Shown here piece by piece: positions 40,492 to 53,000 of a stretch of 64,000 nt of DNA (position 1 is its first letter; each line of letters begins with the position of its first letter). The notes under the pieces are model-generated. The model did not search any database and had not been told where the DNA came from. It saw nothing but the letters and a program-made list of their open reading frames with translations. The DNA comes from Laetmonice hystrix (lineage: Eukaryota), in NCBI GenBank assembly GCA_965235115.1, contig OZ249436.1, positions 38,690,001-38,754,000 on the forward strand, written 5' to 3'. The translations under genes were made by a program, and so were the position numbers.

Positions 40492-43400
40492 ATTTATTAG
40501 GTACATGTTAGTGTTGTAGTACCCAGTATGATTAAATCGACTGACAACAGAACTCCCACAACGTGTGAAGAATTTAAAACCCCGTGGCGTATTTTTTATT
40601 CCGTGAATGAATTTAGCACCTTTCGTTCTCCAGACTGGCGTTGTATCGGGAAACGCGAAATTATTCAGAGACATCCTGACAACATTGTCTGGCAGCGACT
40701 TTGTGATTTGCTAACACATCGTTCAGAGACAGGTAGAAGGTTGCGGGAGAAGGAGGAGGAGGGGGGGGGGGGGTCCTTGATGGAAGGGGCAGTGGGCAGA
40801 TCATGTCGTGAGGAGAAAGTCTCTCTCGCACCACTACAAACAATCCGTCTAATGGACTCGCGTATCGTGTTCCACTTAAGGAAGCACAGCGACTCGCCGG
40901 CTGTCGGAACGGGGCAGTCAACAGGAACACTGTGGACACCTTGATTGGAAGTCATCTTTTGTTGATAGTCGTCAGAAATCTGTCGTCTGCGAACGGAGTC
41001 AGGGCCTGGTGGGTATAGTCGCTAGTCGCCATTGGATTGCTTCCATTTTTTTAAAAGTGCCGATAACTTTATGGACATAAAATGATGTAAAAATGTACAG
41101 GACAAGAAACAGAAGTAGTTGTCGGGTGTGTATGACATATTATCAGATGACTAATGTAAGTATACTTTGCATACATTGGATGGAGATATCATGTTTTACA
41201 AAGAGAGTAGATCTTCACAGATTTGTTATTTCTAAGTATAGTTTGGAGTGCAGACGTACAGTATACAACCCTAGTTCACTGACAAATAAGGAACTCGCTT
41301 AGTGCAGTTCTTCGTCCAGATCTGATCTCTTCCTAGTGATCTAATTAGAAACCGATGCAAAGCAATCTTACTTATCCCTGTTTTCAGGTACAAATAATTA
41401 ATTGCAACCTGTTCTTTTTAATATAATAATTTTTTGTTTTTTTTTGTCGAATAATAATTTTCAATATCTTGCAGATGACTAGAGAATTTAACGGTTTTAC
41501 AGCATATTTAAAAAGCAATTATTTTAAAGCATTTTGTCCATTTTGTTATCCGATATAGTTAGTTATAGGTTAGGTTTTCTGTAAAACACTTAGGTTCTGA
41601 CCAAAGCGGTTAAAGGTCAACATCCCAGCTAGGCCAGCTGCGATACTAATTAGAACTGCCACCCATTCGTATCAAATGTATTTTATTAACAGGGCAAACC
41701 TGCTTATTTACCTAACACAAACAACCATGATCTCTTTACAAGAAACTGAAGACTTTACTCTGTTTTTTTCTTGATGTAAATACAATGTTCCAGGTCAGGG
41801 GGCACCTTTTGTACATAAGGTTTAGCCAACCTCCCCTCACGGTTTTCCTGCGTTGTGATGCGGCTGGATTCAGTGTGGCTGGTTTTAATCTAATGTAAAC
41901 AAAAGTTCGTATGCGAAGGTTTCTTGGGTGCGTTATTGTCTTTGCCCTCTGAGATGAATTAAATCTCTGCTTTGAATTTGGTTAAGTGGTTAAATGACCA
42001 GCCGAAAGATGCTACTCTAACCATTTTCTGCTTTTTGATAACTCTTGTTTGCAATTAATATATTGCGCTCATATTGTGTAGGATTGCTCTAGCCTATTAC
42101 CCATTTGTGAGTTCAACAGGAAATGTGATGGTACTATTTTTGTGTGGATAAAAGTGTTAAACATTTAAATCCTGTATGTACAACCATGCAATCAATGATG
42201 CACACAGCATACATGCACTCACACACATACATACAGACATGTACAAAGAGTTAGAAAGGGAGTGTGATATGATGACAGTTGTATGAATGAATAGTTAAGG
42301 AGTGACCCGATCGTCACTGTATTGTCTGAAAGTCTCATGTATAATTGCAGTACATGTGTATTTCTCTTTTAATATTCCACCTGAACGTGCCGCATCGTCG
42401 GCTCAAGGTGTCAAGTACGAATGGAAAAAAAACGTTTCAGATATATTCAGCATGTAGAGTATGCCTGTTGCAAGAGGTTTATGTACATAATGACTTTAAG
42501 TTTATACAAGATCTAACATTTTGTAAAAAAAGGAGAGAGAGAAAATTTAATAAAGAATTACGCTGAAGTAGTGGGTATATATACCCGGTAATTACCTTGT
42601 TATTTGGAGTTAATTGTAGTGAACGGTTACGGGGCACTCCGCCTCCATGTGGTAAAATAATCATAAGTTGGACAACGATATGCTTAGAGTAGGGGTATTA
42701 GCCAATACTTTCTTTCTTAATAACTAATTAAGCCGGTTGCCCTTAATTTCGACGTCTATGCGATTTCTACATCTTCCTTTTATTTCACTGTGATTTTGAG
42801 AAACGGAAGGACATGCAAGAAATATTAAAGGGTGAAATTTCAGTTTTAAATAATTTTTTTTTTTAAAACACAACAAAAAATAAATGGACGTCGCAATGAT
42901 AATCACCTTAGTGGTTGCGCCCCGTCGTCCATCTATCCTAATAGATGCTAATACAAGCCAAACGTAGGCCCATCCTCGAGGTGCTCCGCTGCCTCATCTC
43001 CTGGAAGCAGGTCACAATTCTAGTACTCGACGACTGCTGAAGGAAGTAAAGCTATCCCGGAAAGTTCTGCGACTAAAATGGCTTCCGATACTTTTGACAA
43101 GCGGCACAATCATACCAGAGTATTGGCAAGGTTCTGGGATGTTTACTGACCATGTTAATTGTAACACTTAAGTTCCCCATCATTTCCTGTTCTCGTTCCG
43201 AAAACTTTGTAAAATATTTTCTTTTCAAATTGATTACAATTATTTAGATATGAGATCATAGAATGTTAATTTTCCCGAAGATTACCATCAGAAAACAATA
43301 ATTGTCCCTTTGTATTTTACTTTAGAAAAGTCTGAATTCTTTCAGACGTTCGCTCTGATGTTTTTCACCAGACGTGTGTCTCTGTCATGACTTCTCCCAG

Positions 43401-43767
43401 AAACCGCTTACCCATAAAAATATACTTGTCACTACAATCCATGTTTTTTTTTCTTCTTTTGATTAGTTTTCCCACCCCAAATTACCTGAAATAAGTTTCA
43501 AACATGTCGTTTGTCATCCAATCGGCGAATTTTTGGTGATGGGTGATTTAGAATAAGATAACAGGGTTAGATTCTGTTATTTTGGCCATATTTTCTATGT
43601 GTATCTGAGTTTTTATTATCATCAATACGTCAAGGAACTTGTATGCCAGTACCAAAAATTTACAATACACAAATCAAACGTTATGCCTATAGTTGTAAAT
43701 AAATCCTAAGTAGTGCGCCTGCATGTCATGTTCTCGGGTTTCCGAAAAGTGTGATACCATTCTACAT

Positions 43768-43933
43768 GGGAGACCGCAGTGGCTCAGCGGTCCACAGTTC
43801 CTAATCACAGCACAGAGTTCGAACCCCCTTCGAACCCCATATTAGAAGGTTTGTCAGTTACCAGATATAAGGTTGGTCGTTCCCCTACCCCACCGAGTAC
43901 TTTGGTGCCGTAAACTAAATCTAAACCCAAACC
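43768..43933 (+). mobile_element. Decayed tRNA-derived SINE
   Basis: A box TGGCTCAGCGG (43780), B box GAGTTCGAACC (43815), non-tRNA body and taaac-type tail; no valid cloverleaf. Confidence 0.65.
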
Positions 43934-45603
43934 TTTTTTCATAATTAGTGCTGTCATATTAATAAACTGATCAGAAGGAGAGTGCCATTAAGTAAGGATC
44001 ATTATATGGGGGTTTGTACCCATGGTGACGGGATGAGAAAACGAGGCCCCCTGCCTTCCCCATGTTTCTACAGCGACCCTCCCCAGTCTACAGGAGTCCA
44101 CACACACATGCAGTCAGTATATGCCTGCCACATCTGGTCAGACAACCCGCCCACAGTTAATCTGCTGCCATGCCTGCCGAATTCCGCCACTTTAATTCCA
44201 CCATGAGAGGGTGCAGAAATGAGACGTGTGTATGTCAATATGGTTGTTGTAGATCCATTCATTCACTGGGGAAATACGGCATCGTAACGTTTTCATACTC
44301 GGAGCCGCAGGAGATCAATAACATATGGGCAAAATCCGGCAGCGTAATACTGAAGAACTAATTAAACGATAGGCTGTCATCTCAAATAATGTATGGCGAT
44401 GTGAGCCGCTTGAGTGTGGGGGGTTGTTCTTACGGTTCTCTGTCTGTCTCTGTCTGTCCAACAATGATTCCATTAACGGAGTCGCCATGTGTGTGCGCAA
44501 TATTCGGTAGCCATATTCAAGTAATCGGATTTGGCTGCGGTGTAATTCAACGCCCCATGGAGATATTTTTACTATTTCACAAAGAGTATTAATCACCTAT
44601 TCTTTTCGATCGATATAACTTACTTCATAAAAAGTTGTTAAGACTAGATAAAAGACTGCAGACACGAATTCAAATATTTGCTTAAGTGCTCGTTTTGTTT
44701 TACAGTAGGGGAAACGGACCGTTTCATTAATTTCGGAATAAAGCGCAAATATATGGCTGGGAATATATATTATATATATGCTGGGAACCCTCAGGATCTA
44801 TCAATAAGCGTCTAAATAATGAAGCACACGTACGCCTACAGTGTTCTTCTTCTTCTCTGCTCCTGCATTGTGTGACCATCTGCTGCATGACTGGATGAAG
44901 CTGTCAAAGTTTGATAACTTGTTTCCGTCTCCTCGCTGACCATTTCAACTACTAACACGACACTGAGTGAATTGTTTTTGACCTTCCAGGGCCTCAATCT
45001 CACAATCCGACCAGCTGACTGCCAGGATTCCGAGATATAATTTTCCTCGGAGTCGGAATCAGCCGGAACTCATGTACCCCTCCCCCAGCCCCCCCCCCCC
45101 CCCCACCCCCACCCTGAGGGTTGATGTGGAGCAGAAACAATGTGACATATCGCCTGTAATCATTGTGTTGCCGTCATTAGCCCGACCGGCCGCACAGTTC
45201 CTGCAGGATCCTGAGGACGGCCACTCTTCCGTCTGAGGGTGACACTGACAGCGGGGTCAGTGAGATTGACCTCAGCGTCTCATTACCCCCGGACCCTCCG
45301 CGCCGTCACCGCCTCAGTCTGCAGTAACTGACGTCATATCCGCCAGGGGTCGCGCACGTCTGGAATTAAAGATGTCACCGAAAGGAAATGACGGCCTTTC
45401 CTGGTCAGCTGGGTTAAACGGAAAGGCCCGGGAGACTTATAGATTACAATTGTATCCGACAATTGAGGGACTATCACGGCTGCTGGCACTAAATAACCCC
45501 CTGCCCGCCGGTCTCGGCGTGGACGGTAGAATTTAGATAAAGGCCAGCGTCATATCCAGGAGATGGTGGAGCGTTCCAGGAGATTATCATTGTCACTTTG
45601 ATC

Positions 45604-46040
45604 GACCACCCCACCCCCCAACCCTCCGGGCCGAGGTCTGACCACCCCCACCCACCTACCCTGGCCGAGGACTGACCACCCCCACCCACCCCCTGGCCGA
45701 GGTCTGACCACCCCACCCCACCCCACCCCCCCGGGCCCAGGTCTGACCACCCCGACCCCACCCCCAGGCCGAGGTCTGACCACCGCACCCCCCGGGCCGA
45801 GGTCTGACCTCCCGCAGCCACCCCCCGGACCCGAGCCCAGGTCTGATCCCCCCCCCCGACCCAGGTCTGACCACCCCGCCCACCCCGGGCCCAAGTCTGA
45901 ACACCCCCCCCCCCCCACCCAGGTCTGACCACCCCCACCCACCCCCCGGACCTGAGCCCAGGTCTGACCAGCCCCCGCCCACCCCGGGCCGAGGTCTGAC
46001 CACCCCGACCCCACCCCCCACCCCCCGGACCCAGGCCCGA
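45604..46040. repeat. C-rich degenerate minisatellite
   Basis: Recurrent ccgaggtctgaccacccc / cccaggtctgacc cores separated by C runs. Confidence 0.85.
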
Positions 46041-47324
46041 CATAACGATTACAGTATGGACCCATCCCTCTCCCTCTTCCCCCACCCTGAGCACCGTTTA
46101 CCGTCAGACATCGATCCAGTGAGGCCCACCATGAATGGACACAACATGTCAGTTTATTGTTTGGCACACCGCCTTATACCTCCAGTATGATAAAGGAACG
46201 TTTAGCAACCTGCCAGCTCACGATGCTCTATTAACTCGAGCGTCGGAACTCGGAAGAGTCTTTGAAATAGGTGCCTGGTAAAACGTTGTCCTTTAAATCT
46301 CCTGGTCGGATTGACCTTATCGCCCAGGAACCACTTATGCGGGTGTTAATGCCTTTTGATAATTTATGGCAGTAGCCTCCCATCTTTCTACTTTCAGGCA
46401 CATATTTTCGCCAGTCCCGCAACCCGCTCCAATTAAATCTTGCTTAGTTCGGCCCTTATGCAAGTAGGCCAAATTTCCCCCCGGGATCCCGTGCGGATGC
46501 GGGGTAAAAATGCTAATCTTACACCTCCTTGAAGTTTCTAAGAGAAGAATGGGGTGAGGTAAAGTGGTTGAGCGTCGGATTCCATAATGTATGTATACAG
46601 GAGTGTTTGGGCCCACAAAGTCTTATCCTTCCCCAGCGTTCTCCCAGCGTTCTCCCAGCGCTTCACAGTTAGGTAATAAAAGATTCAGGTCATGTGTGTG
46701 GGGATTAAAGATAGCCTTAAGTTTTATATTTTTCCTGGAGATATTAGATATCACCCAAGCTAAACAAAATTAATATAACTCTGCTCTTCCTAGAAGCCTA
46801 AATTTGGCAAAATTCCATCATTTTCTTCTGGCTAATGACTAAAAACCAAAACAATTCGGGGAAAAGACGATTTCTTTTCAGTTCGATGAAAAAGATTCGA
46901 TTTCGTTTGCAAGGAAATATACCCAAAATAAGGTAAATAATAACAGTATTCTATAGCTAATGGCTCCAAATATCACATAAATCTGTTTTAAGATTTTAGA
47001 CTTTTTTTTAGCAAGTTTTCCTTTATTTTAAATAAATTGACACTTTCATAAAGATACATCATACCACAGGGGTTTGGAACGACATCATGTGGGGACGAGC
47101 AATAATATTCAAAGTGATTCGAAACTGACTGTTCCTAAATAATAAATCCATACACATACTGGACAAATGTTTAGTCTGATAATGTATAGTCTTGAATACA
47201 ACATTGGATGTGTCATTTCAAAGTATGATTGCCAAAAATGGAACTCTTGATAAGAAAACACCAATTTCTCACAGAAATCCATAGGGCATATTAAAAGTTG
47301 ATTTACAACAATTTTGTCGTCACC

Positions 47325-48138
47325 ATGGCTTGTAAGAAGGACATGAATGAAGAACAGCGGAAGATGATCGTGGAGCTGAGGCAAGGAGGGATGAAGGTCC
47401 ATCGTATCGCTGAGAGCTTGGAGTTTCCCAGATTTGGCGACGGTTTTAGGAGACAGGTGACGAGAAAGTCTCGGTCTGAAAGACCTTGGAACCCCACACG
47501 TCGAGATGACCGCGTTCTTCGACGACTGACTTCTTCTGGACGATTTGAGTCTCTCACCACAATCAGCCGCCAGTGGAACGACCGGATTCAAGTCGAAACA
47601 TCTGTAAATACTGCCAGGCGTCGGCTGCATACTTGGGGTATCTACAGTCGCATTGCCAGATTAAGAAACCCTCTGATATCTAGAGGAACTGTGCACCGGT
47701 TTATCCGATTCTGGAACACAGAGGAACAAAGATCTGCTTCTCAGACGAATCGCGCTTCAATCTGGGCTTCAACGATAGAAGGGAGTCTGCAATGAAACTG
47801 CAATGGAACCGTCAAACCTGTGCCAAGTTTGTCGGCAAGGAGGGTGTTCCGTGATGGTCTGGGGCGGCCTCACATTCTGTGGAGTCGGTGAACTTGTGGT
47901 CGTGGAAGGCAACATGAACCACTAAGATTACATCGATGTTCTTTAGACCAGAACTTGATCGACCGGTCGAGCACAATCGATTGAGAACACTCTAGGCGCC
48001 GAAATATGTCTTTTATATTTCAACAAGACAACGCTCCTGTACACAAAGCTCAACGAGTTTAGGAGGGGTTCGATGTCAATGGAATCCTGCAGGTGGTGCA
48101 GAGGCTAGCCCAATCTCAATCACATAGAAAATGTCTGA
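47325..48138 (+). pseudogene. Decayed Tc1-family transposase
   Basis: N-terminal HTH-like region and TRRDDRVLRR / TARRRLH; catalytic-domain motifs FSDESRFNL (47738), SVMVWG (47848), FQQDNAPVH (48018), IENV (48124); several frameshifts and stops. Confidence 0.92.
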
Positions 48139-48878
48139 GTTATTAAGGGAATGCTTATGTCATTATTTTTACTTTCTTTGTCATGGATCACAAATAAATA
48201 CATGTATCAACTGAACAGTGTCTGTTGGAATGGTGAACGAGGAGATAATGGGATTGAAAGGACGAACAACAGATGGCGCTTTGAAACCCTCACTAGTTTT
48301 AATGTGCTAGTTTCCCTTCAGGTGGCGCTAGTGTAGTGGGACGAATCCCACCCTCTTGTAAATCCCAAATGCCGGACGGATGGGTGCCGGACCCCGGACA
48401 ACGTGCCATCACATAGTCTAGGCGTACTACCTAAGAGAATGTGATGGACAGTACGAAACTAAAAATTAATTTCCCCAACCTTTAGACGGGATAAAGTCTA
48501 CTATTTCGAACCGTTGTGGTTGTTCTGTTGGCCCGCGACAAAGCCTGGTATAGATAGAACCTGGTTGTGTGAACAGTAATTCGCTTCGTCTTCAGGCCAA
48601 TTGCCTTTGCCAGAAACTCGAAAAAGCTCAAAAACACTCCGCGGGAATCACCCCTTTTCCTAAACATACTGGTTCTTCTAAACGTTGCAGAACTCCTTTG
48701 TTCAGGTATATCTGTGGTCGTATCAATGAGTTAACTAAATCAAGAATTCGTTCACTTCTGTCCCCATAAAATCTGTAACACACCAACTGTCACGACATAT
48801 AGGTACGGCATACTGGAACATTAAACGTAATACAATCCTGTATGGTGCATAAACTTGTCTGAGGGACATGACTAGATG

Positions 48879-49030
48879 CGGCCTAGTCGGGAGATGGGGC
48901 CCGGTCGGGAGAAGGAGATGGGGCCTGGTCAGGAGAAGGAGATGGGGCCTGGTTGGCAGAACGGGGTGCGGCCTGGTCAAGAGAAGGAGATGGGGCCTGG
49001 TCGGGAGAAGGCAATGGGGCCTAGTCGGAA
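48879..49030. repeat. Purine-rich short tandem repeat
   Basis: ggcctggtc(g/a)ggagaaggagatgg units. Confidence 0.8.
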
Positions 49031-49184
49031 GGAGCAGGGGATCGGGGTTGATTGGGCAATGTAGAGGATGGGGATGGAGGAATATTATCTAATGGGTTAA
49101 TTGGACAGTGTCGAATATAATGCGATTTAAACGTCAAGATATATAATTTTGGTGTGTGGGGAATATCCGAGATACATGGATGCA

Positions 49185-49485
49185 ATGTCCGGGGGTGAAT
49201 GTCTGGGGGGGGGGGGGGGCAGCTGTAGTCCTACGGGGGTTAATGTCTGGGGGGCAGATGTCCTAGGGCAAAAGTCCTACGGGGGCTAATGTCTGGGGGT
49301 GAATGTCTGGGAGGCAGATGCCCTAGGGGGGCAAAAGTCCTACAGGGGCTAATGTCAGGGGGTGCGTGTCTGGGGGGGGGGGGGCAGATGACCTAAGGGG
49401 GCAAAAGTCCTACAGGGGCTAATGTCCGGGGTACGAATGTCTGGGGGGCAGATGTCCTAGGGGGGGCAGAAGTCCGGGGGCAGAA
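49185..49485. repeat. G-rich subterminal-type repeat cluster, probably a transposon end
   Basis: Recurrent gggggcagatgtcc / gggggcaaaagtcc / ggggctaatgtc units. Confidence 0.7.
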
Positions 49486-49855
49486 CGTGGGAGGATACTG
49501 TCACTGCTGTCTTGGCCGAGCACAGAGTTCGGCGACATGGATTTTGTATGGACATGTTTGTGGCTGCCATCCATGCCAACTCGAGTTCGACCCCTATGGC
49601 CTGGTGCCTCTGCCTGCCGCTACGCTCCTTGGCGCTGAGCGAGCGACCATATTTTATTTGTACATGTATACAATCTTTGGGTTGAACGCAAGTCGCTAAC
49701 CAGGTCAAGTATGACGTCACGGGTATAGCTAACCTCGGAAAAGGCATTTCGACTGCACGGTGGTAAGTCGATTTGCCCTCGAGATGAGGAGACGGCTTCC
49801 AAGTTCGAGTGAGGGAAGTGGTTTGTAACGCATTCTGGCAGAGACAAGATGTTGA

Positions 49856-50225
49856 GAATCAGCTCACATGTAGAATATATATATCATTTCCCTTCGACTG
49901 TCACAGTAGAGAGCGCAAGATTGTGCACTGAAGTGTTGCGTTTAACATGGGCAAAACCATGCATGAATACTTTTAGGGGAGTGGCGGTGGCCTAGTGGGC
50001 ATGGGTGTCGACACGTTATGCTATGCGAATGGTTGCAGTAATCTTGGGGCCGGGGTTCGATTCCTGTAGAGGACTATACAACTTTTCTCTTTAGGGACAT
50101 TGTCAAAGTAATTGGGTTACCCCTGATGCCCGTGCATTTCAAAAAGAAAAATACAGTGCAAAATTTTGCGCTCTCTACTGTGACAGTCCAAAGGAAATGT
50201 ACGTATTATACACGTTGGATGATTC
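49856..50225. mobile_element. Inverted-repeat element enclosing a tRNA-like Pol III A/B-box cassette
   Basis: Arms catttcccttcgactgtcacagtagagagcgcaagattgtgcactg / cagtgcaaaattttgcgctctctactgtgacagtccaaaggaaatg; inside, A box TGGCCTAGTGG (49988) and B box GGTTCGATTCC (50054). Confidence 0.65.
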
Positions 50226-50703
50226 TAGGGATTCTCGCTTACGCAATGGCACCACAAATGTATCATAAATCTTACCTTCCCGAAGACTTGCTTCTCTTCA
50301 GGTTTTGTTAAGCTACCGCTGGCGTGTTGACATCTTCAGACTCTTTCCCATAATTTCGCATAACCACAGTTGTTTCTTTTGTTTCCGCACAGACGATATT
50401 ATGGTGAAATAAACTCTAATTACCAATTACCAATATTGCCTCTCCCAAAATGCGTTAAGAACCACCTGGGGGGGGGGGGGGGTCCCTCACTGGAAGGCCC
50501 GCTCTCATTTAGGGGGCAAATCGACTATCCAGCGTGGACTGACTTGAGTTTGACTCGACTTGGAATCGAGGTCGGCCCCCTATAGCTCTGCAGGCACACA
50601 GGTAAGTGTTTATAAATTCGAAGTGGTGCCCCTTTCGCCAGCAGACCTGCTCGGGTGACATATTTCTCCAACGCTTCCCAACAGTAGGCCTACAGTTACC
50701 ACG

Positions 50704-51210
50704 ATGTTTCTTGTGGACCTGTCCTTACCAACTGCCGCAGTCAGCCTGCTTATCATGCTGGTTATTTGGATTGCAACGCGCAGCCTTCGGAGCAGCCTCT
50801 ACCAGGCCTGTTTCTCCAAGTTTTTGCAGTTGTTCAATGACTGGTTGTACAATCCTGTGATGGGTCCACTGAAAATCGATCTCTTTAACGATCTCCACAA
50901 ATCTGCCGGGCACGCGACGAAACCACTCATGGTGATCGAAGTCGGTACAGGACATGGTGCAAACTTCAAATACCTTCCCACAAATTTAGATTTGATTTGT
51001 TATGAGCCAAACCCTTATTGCCGCCCTTACATACTTAATAACGCCAAGCGCCATCTACCTGGAGTGACGGTGCGCATCGTCGAGGATGTGATCGGGGATC
51101 TGCCCAAGTTTCCTGACAACAGTGTAGACGCTGTCATCTGTACCCTTGTGTTGTGCTCTGTGGAGGACCAGGCGCATATGATCGGCACCATCAAACGTGT
51201 TCTTAAACCG
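50704..51210 (+). CDS. METTL7A: METTL7A/TMT1A-like thiol methyltransferase, copy 1, coding exon 1
   Basis: N-terminal hydrophobic anchor, SAM motif I VIEVGTGHGANF, EPN, DNSVDAVICTLVLCSVED, RVLKP then GTGAGT phase-0 donor; 5' UTR intron donor at 50602. Confidence 0.9.
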
Positions 51211-51560
51211 GTGAGTAGGCCAAAGAAATCTGATATAAGTCCGTAAAACGTTGTTTAATATACACCAACATTCCGTCTACATAGCCGCCACATGAACTAT
51301 ATTTGAGCTATGCGTGTTTTGAAAATTGATTATCTGGGTTTAAATATATTATGTTTCATTGAAACAATATTAGTCAAGCAATTTTAGACTATAAAAGATG
51401 TACTTTAAATCAATGTAACTTTAATGGCAGTTTGCAGGGTCATAGCCTTGGGTGGGGGGGGGGGGAGAAATGGGGCAGCGGCTCCCTGGGATATCCATAT
51501 TTTTTTCAATGGCCAACCCAACATTAACACTGCTATCGACATATAGCAGTTCTTGCCCAG

Positions 51561-51686
51561 GGCCCGGTTCATAAAAAAAGTCAAGTCAATTTTAATTAAC
51601 TTGAAATCCATTTTACCCAATCAGATTCAAGTAAAATTGACTTCAAATCAATTAAAATTGACTTGACTTTGTTTGTGAACCGGGCC
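51561..51686. mobile_element. Palindromic Harbinger-like MITE (CAG TSD) nested in a CAGGG-ended element at about 51435-51740
   Basis: CAG|ggcccggttca ... tgaaccgggcc|CAG; host ends cagggtcatagcc / ggctacaaccctg. Confidence 0.75.
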
Positions 51687-51858
51687 CAGGAGTTACTGCC
51701 CCCCCCCCCCCCCACGTATTTGGGCCAGGCTACAACCCTGGTGCGTACTTTACCCAGGGCCTTTGCAATAATCTTAAACCTGTCAGTCAGTTAAGGTGAT
51801 CAGGGCCGGGTTCACAAACCTCCGTTCAGTAATGTTCATGTCTTGCTCATTTACACAG

Positions 51859-52101
51859 GGTGGCAAGTTCTACTTCCTCGAACACGTTGTTTCTGCCAAA
51901 GATGGGTGGCTCCACCTGGTGCAGCGCTGGCTGAACATTATTTGGACACCGCTTCTCGATGGTTGCGATCTAACCAGACGGACGTGGGAATCTCTAGAGA
52001 ATGCTGGCTTCGCTGATGTTAACTACCGGTTCATTAAGGCCCCTTTGGGCCTGGCATTGGCACCTATTCGTCCGCATATTACTGGCAGTGCCACCAAATG
52101 A
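51859..52101 (+). CDS. METTL7A: METTL7A/TMT1A-like methyltransferase, copy 1, coding exon 2 (249 aa total)
   Basis: ACACAG acceptor; GGKFYFLEHV...Q...W....DGCDLTR.TW..LENAGF...RPHITGSATK* is the typical METTL7 C-terminus. Confidence 0.9.
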   Translation, partial: GGKFYFLEHVVSAKDGWLHLVQRWLNIIWTPLLDGCDLTRRTWESLENAGFADVNYRFIKAPLGLALAPIRPHITGSATK

Positions 52102-52216
52102 GACAGAGTCTTCGACTTAAGCCAGACAGTCACAGAATAATTTTACCTGTACAGTGTATACATATTTGCCTTCAATTTGACTTCTAGTGTTTCATAACAT
52201 TCTTCCAATGATAGTG

Positions 52217-52855
52217 TCATGGCGGCCGTGTGAACACCTGTAGTTAGGGCTGGTGGATTTACGTATTTTGGAGTATTACTGTGAATTTGGGAACAGTTTC
52301 AGGACGTACTACCAGGAGTTCTTCAAATCCCAGCACGGTGACGACTGACAGTAAGACTATATGACTACCGCCGTAACCATGACCATGATTTTCAGGCCTT
52401 TGTCAGACAGAGCCTCACGCTTCTCGCCAATGTACTTAACGAACTGAAAGCTGTTAAAGTTTCTGTTGAAAGTTGACTTTTGGAAGAGCTCAGAAATCTG
52501 AAAGAAACAATTGGGCTACAGAGGCATGAGTTGGCAGGACTGCGAACGTGATGGTCCATTTTTCCAGTCAGGGAAAACTCGGGGAATTGAGGGAAAACAT
52601 AAAAAACTCAGGGAATTTGATGCTTTGGAAGTTTTCATAATCTTCTATACCTTCCTAACTTGCCGTCTGACCATGAATACCATGGGTGTCTTCTTCCTGC
52701 AGCCACACCGCCACTCCATTCATAGAATAAAAAAAAAACTCCCCCAGACCTGAAAACATTTGACGAGGCGGACGTTAAACAAGTAACTTTTTTTATTTCG
52801 CCTTACATTTGAAGGTGGAACATTCAACAGTACTGAACAGCTCTTTCAGCACATG
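52217..52855 (+). mobile_element. Decayed LINE A, 5' part: ORF1 coiled coil and N-terminal NADAR fragment
   Basis: catggcggccgtgtg 5' motif; coiled coil LNELKAVKVSVES*LLEELRNLKETI (52375-52551); SNFF/ISP/TFEGGTFNSTEQLFQH with frameshifts (52782-52855); interrupted by a MITE fragment at about 52565-52750. Confidence 0.6.
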
Positions 52856-53000
52856 TGACGCACTCACCTGTGTGCGCACCCATCCGTGAACCTGCACCTA
52901 CCTGGGGCCTGTTTCTCGAAAGCGTCGTATGAGTTACGCCATGCGTACATCCTGTCGCTGATGTTTCTCGACGACTGCACAACTTTGCGCCGTTGCGTAG

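Noticed and set aside
44860..45330. Coding-like stretch ending SEGDTDSGVSEIDLSVSLPPDPPRRHRLSLQ*
   Set aside because: Short, interrupted by stops and poly-C, and no identifiable family.
45489..46167. Gly-rich ORFs of about 200 aa on the minus strand
   Set aside because: Translations of a C-rich minisatellite.
49976..50070. Functional tRNA gene
   Set aside because: A and B boxes are present, but no acceptor or anticodon stem can be formed.
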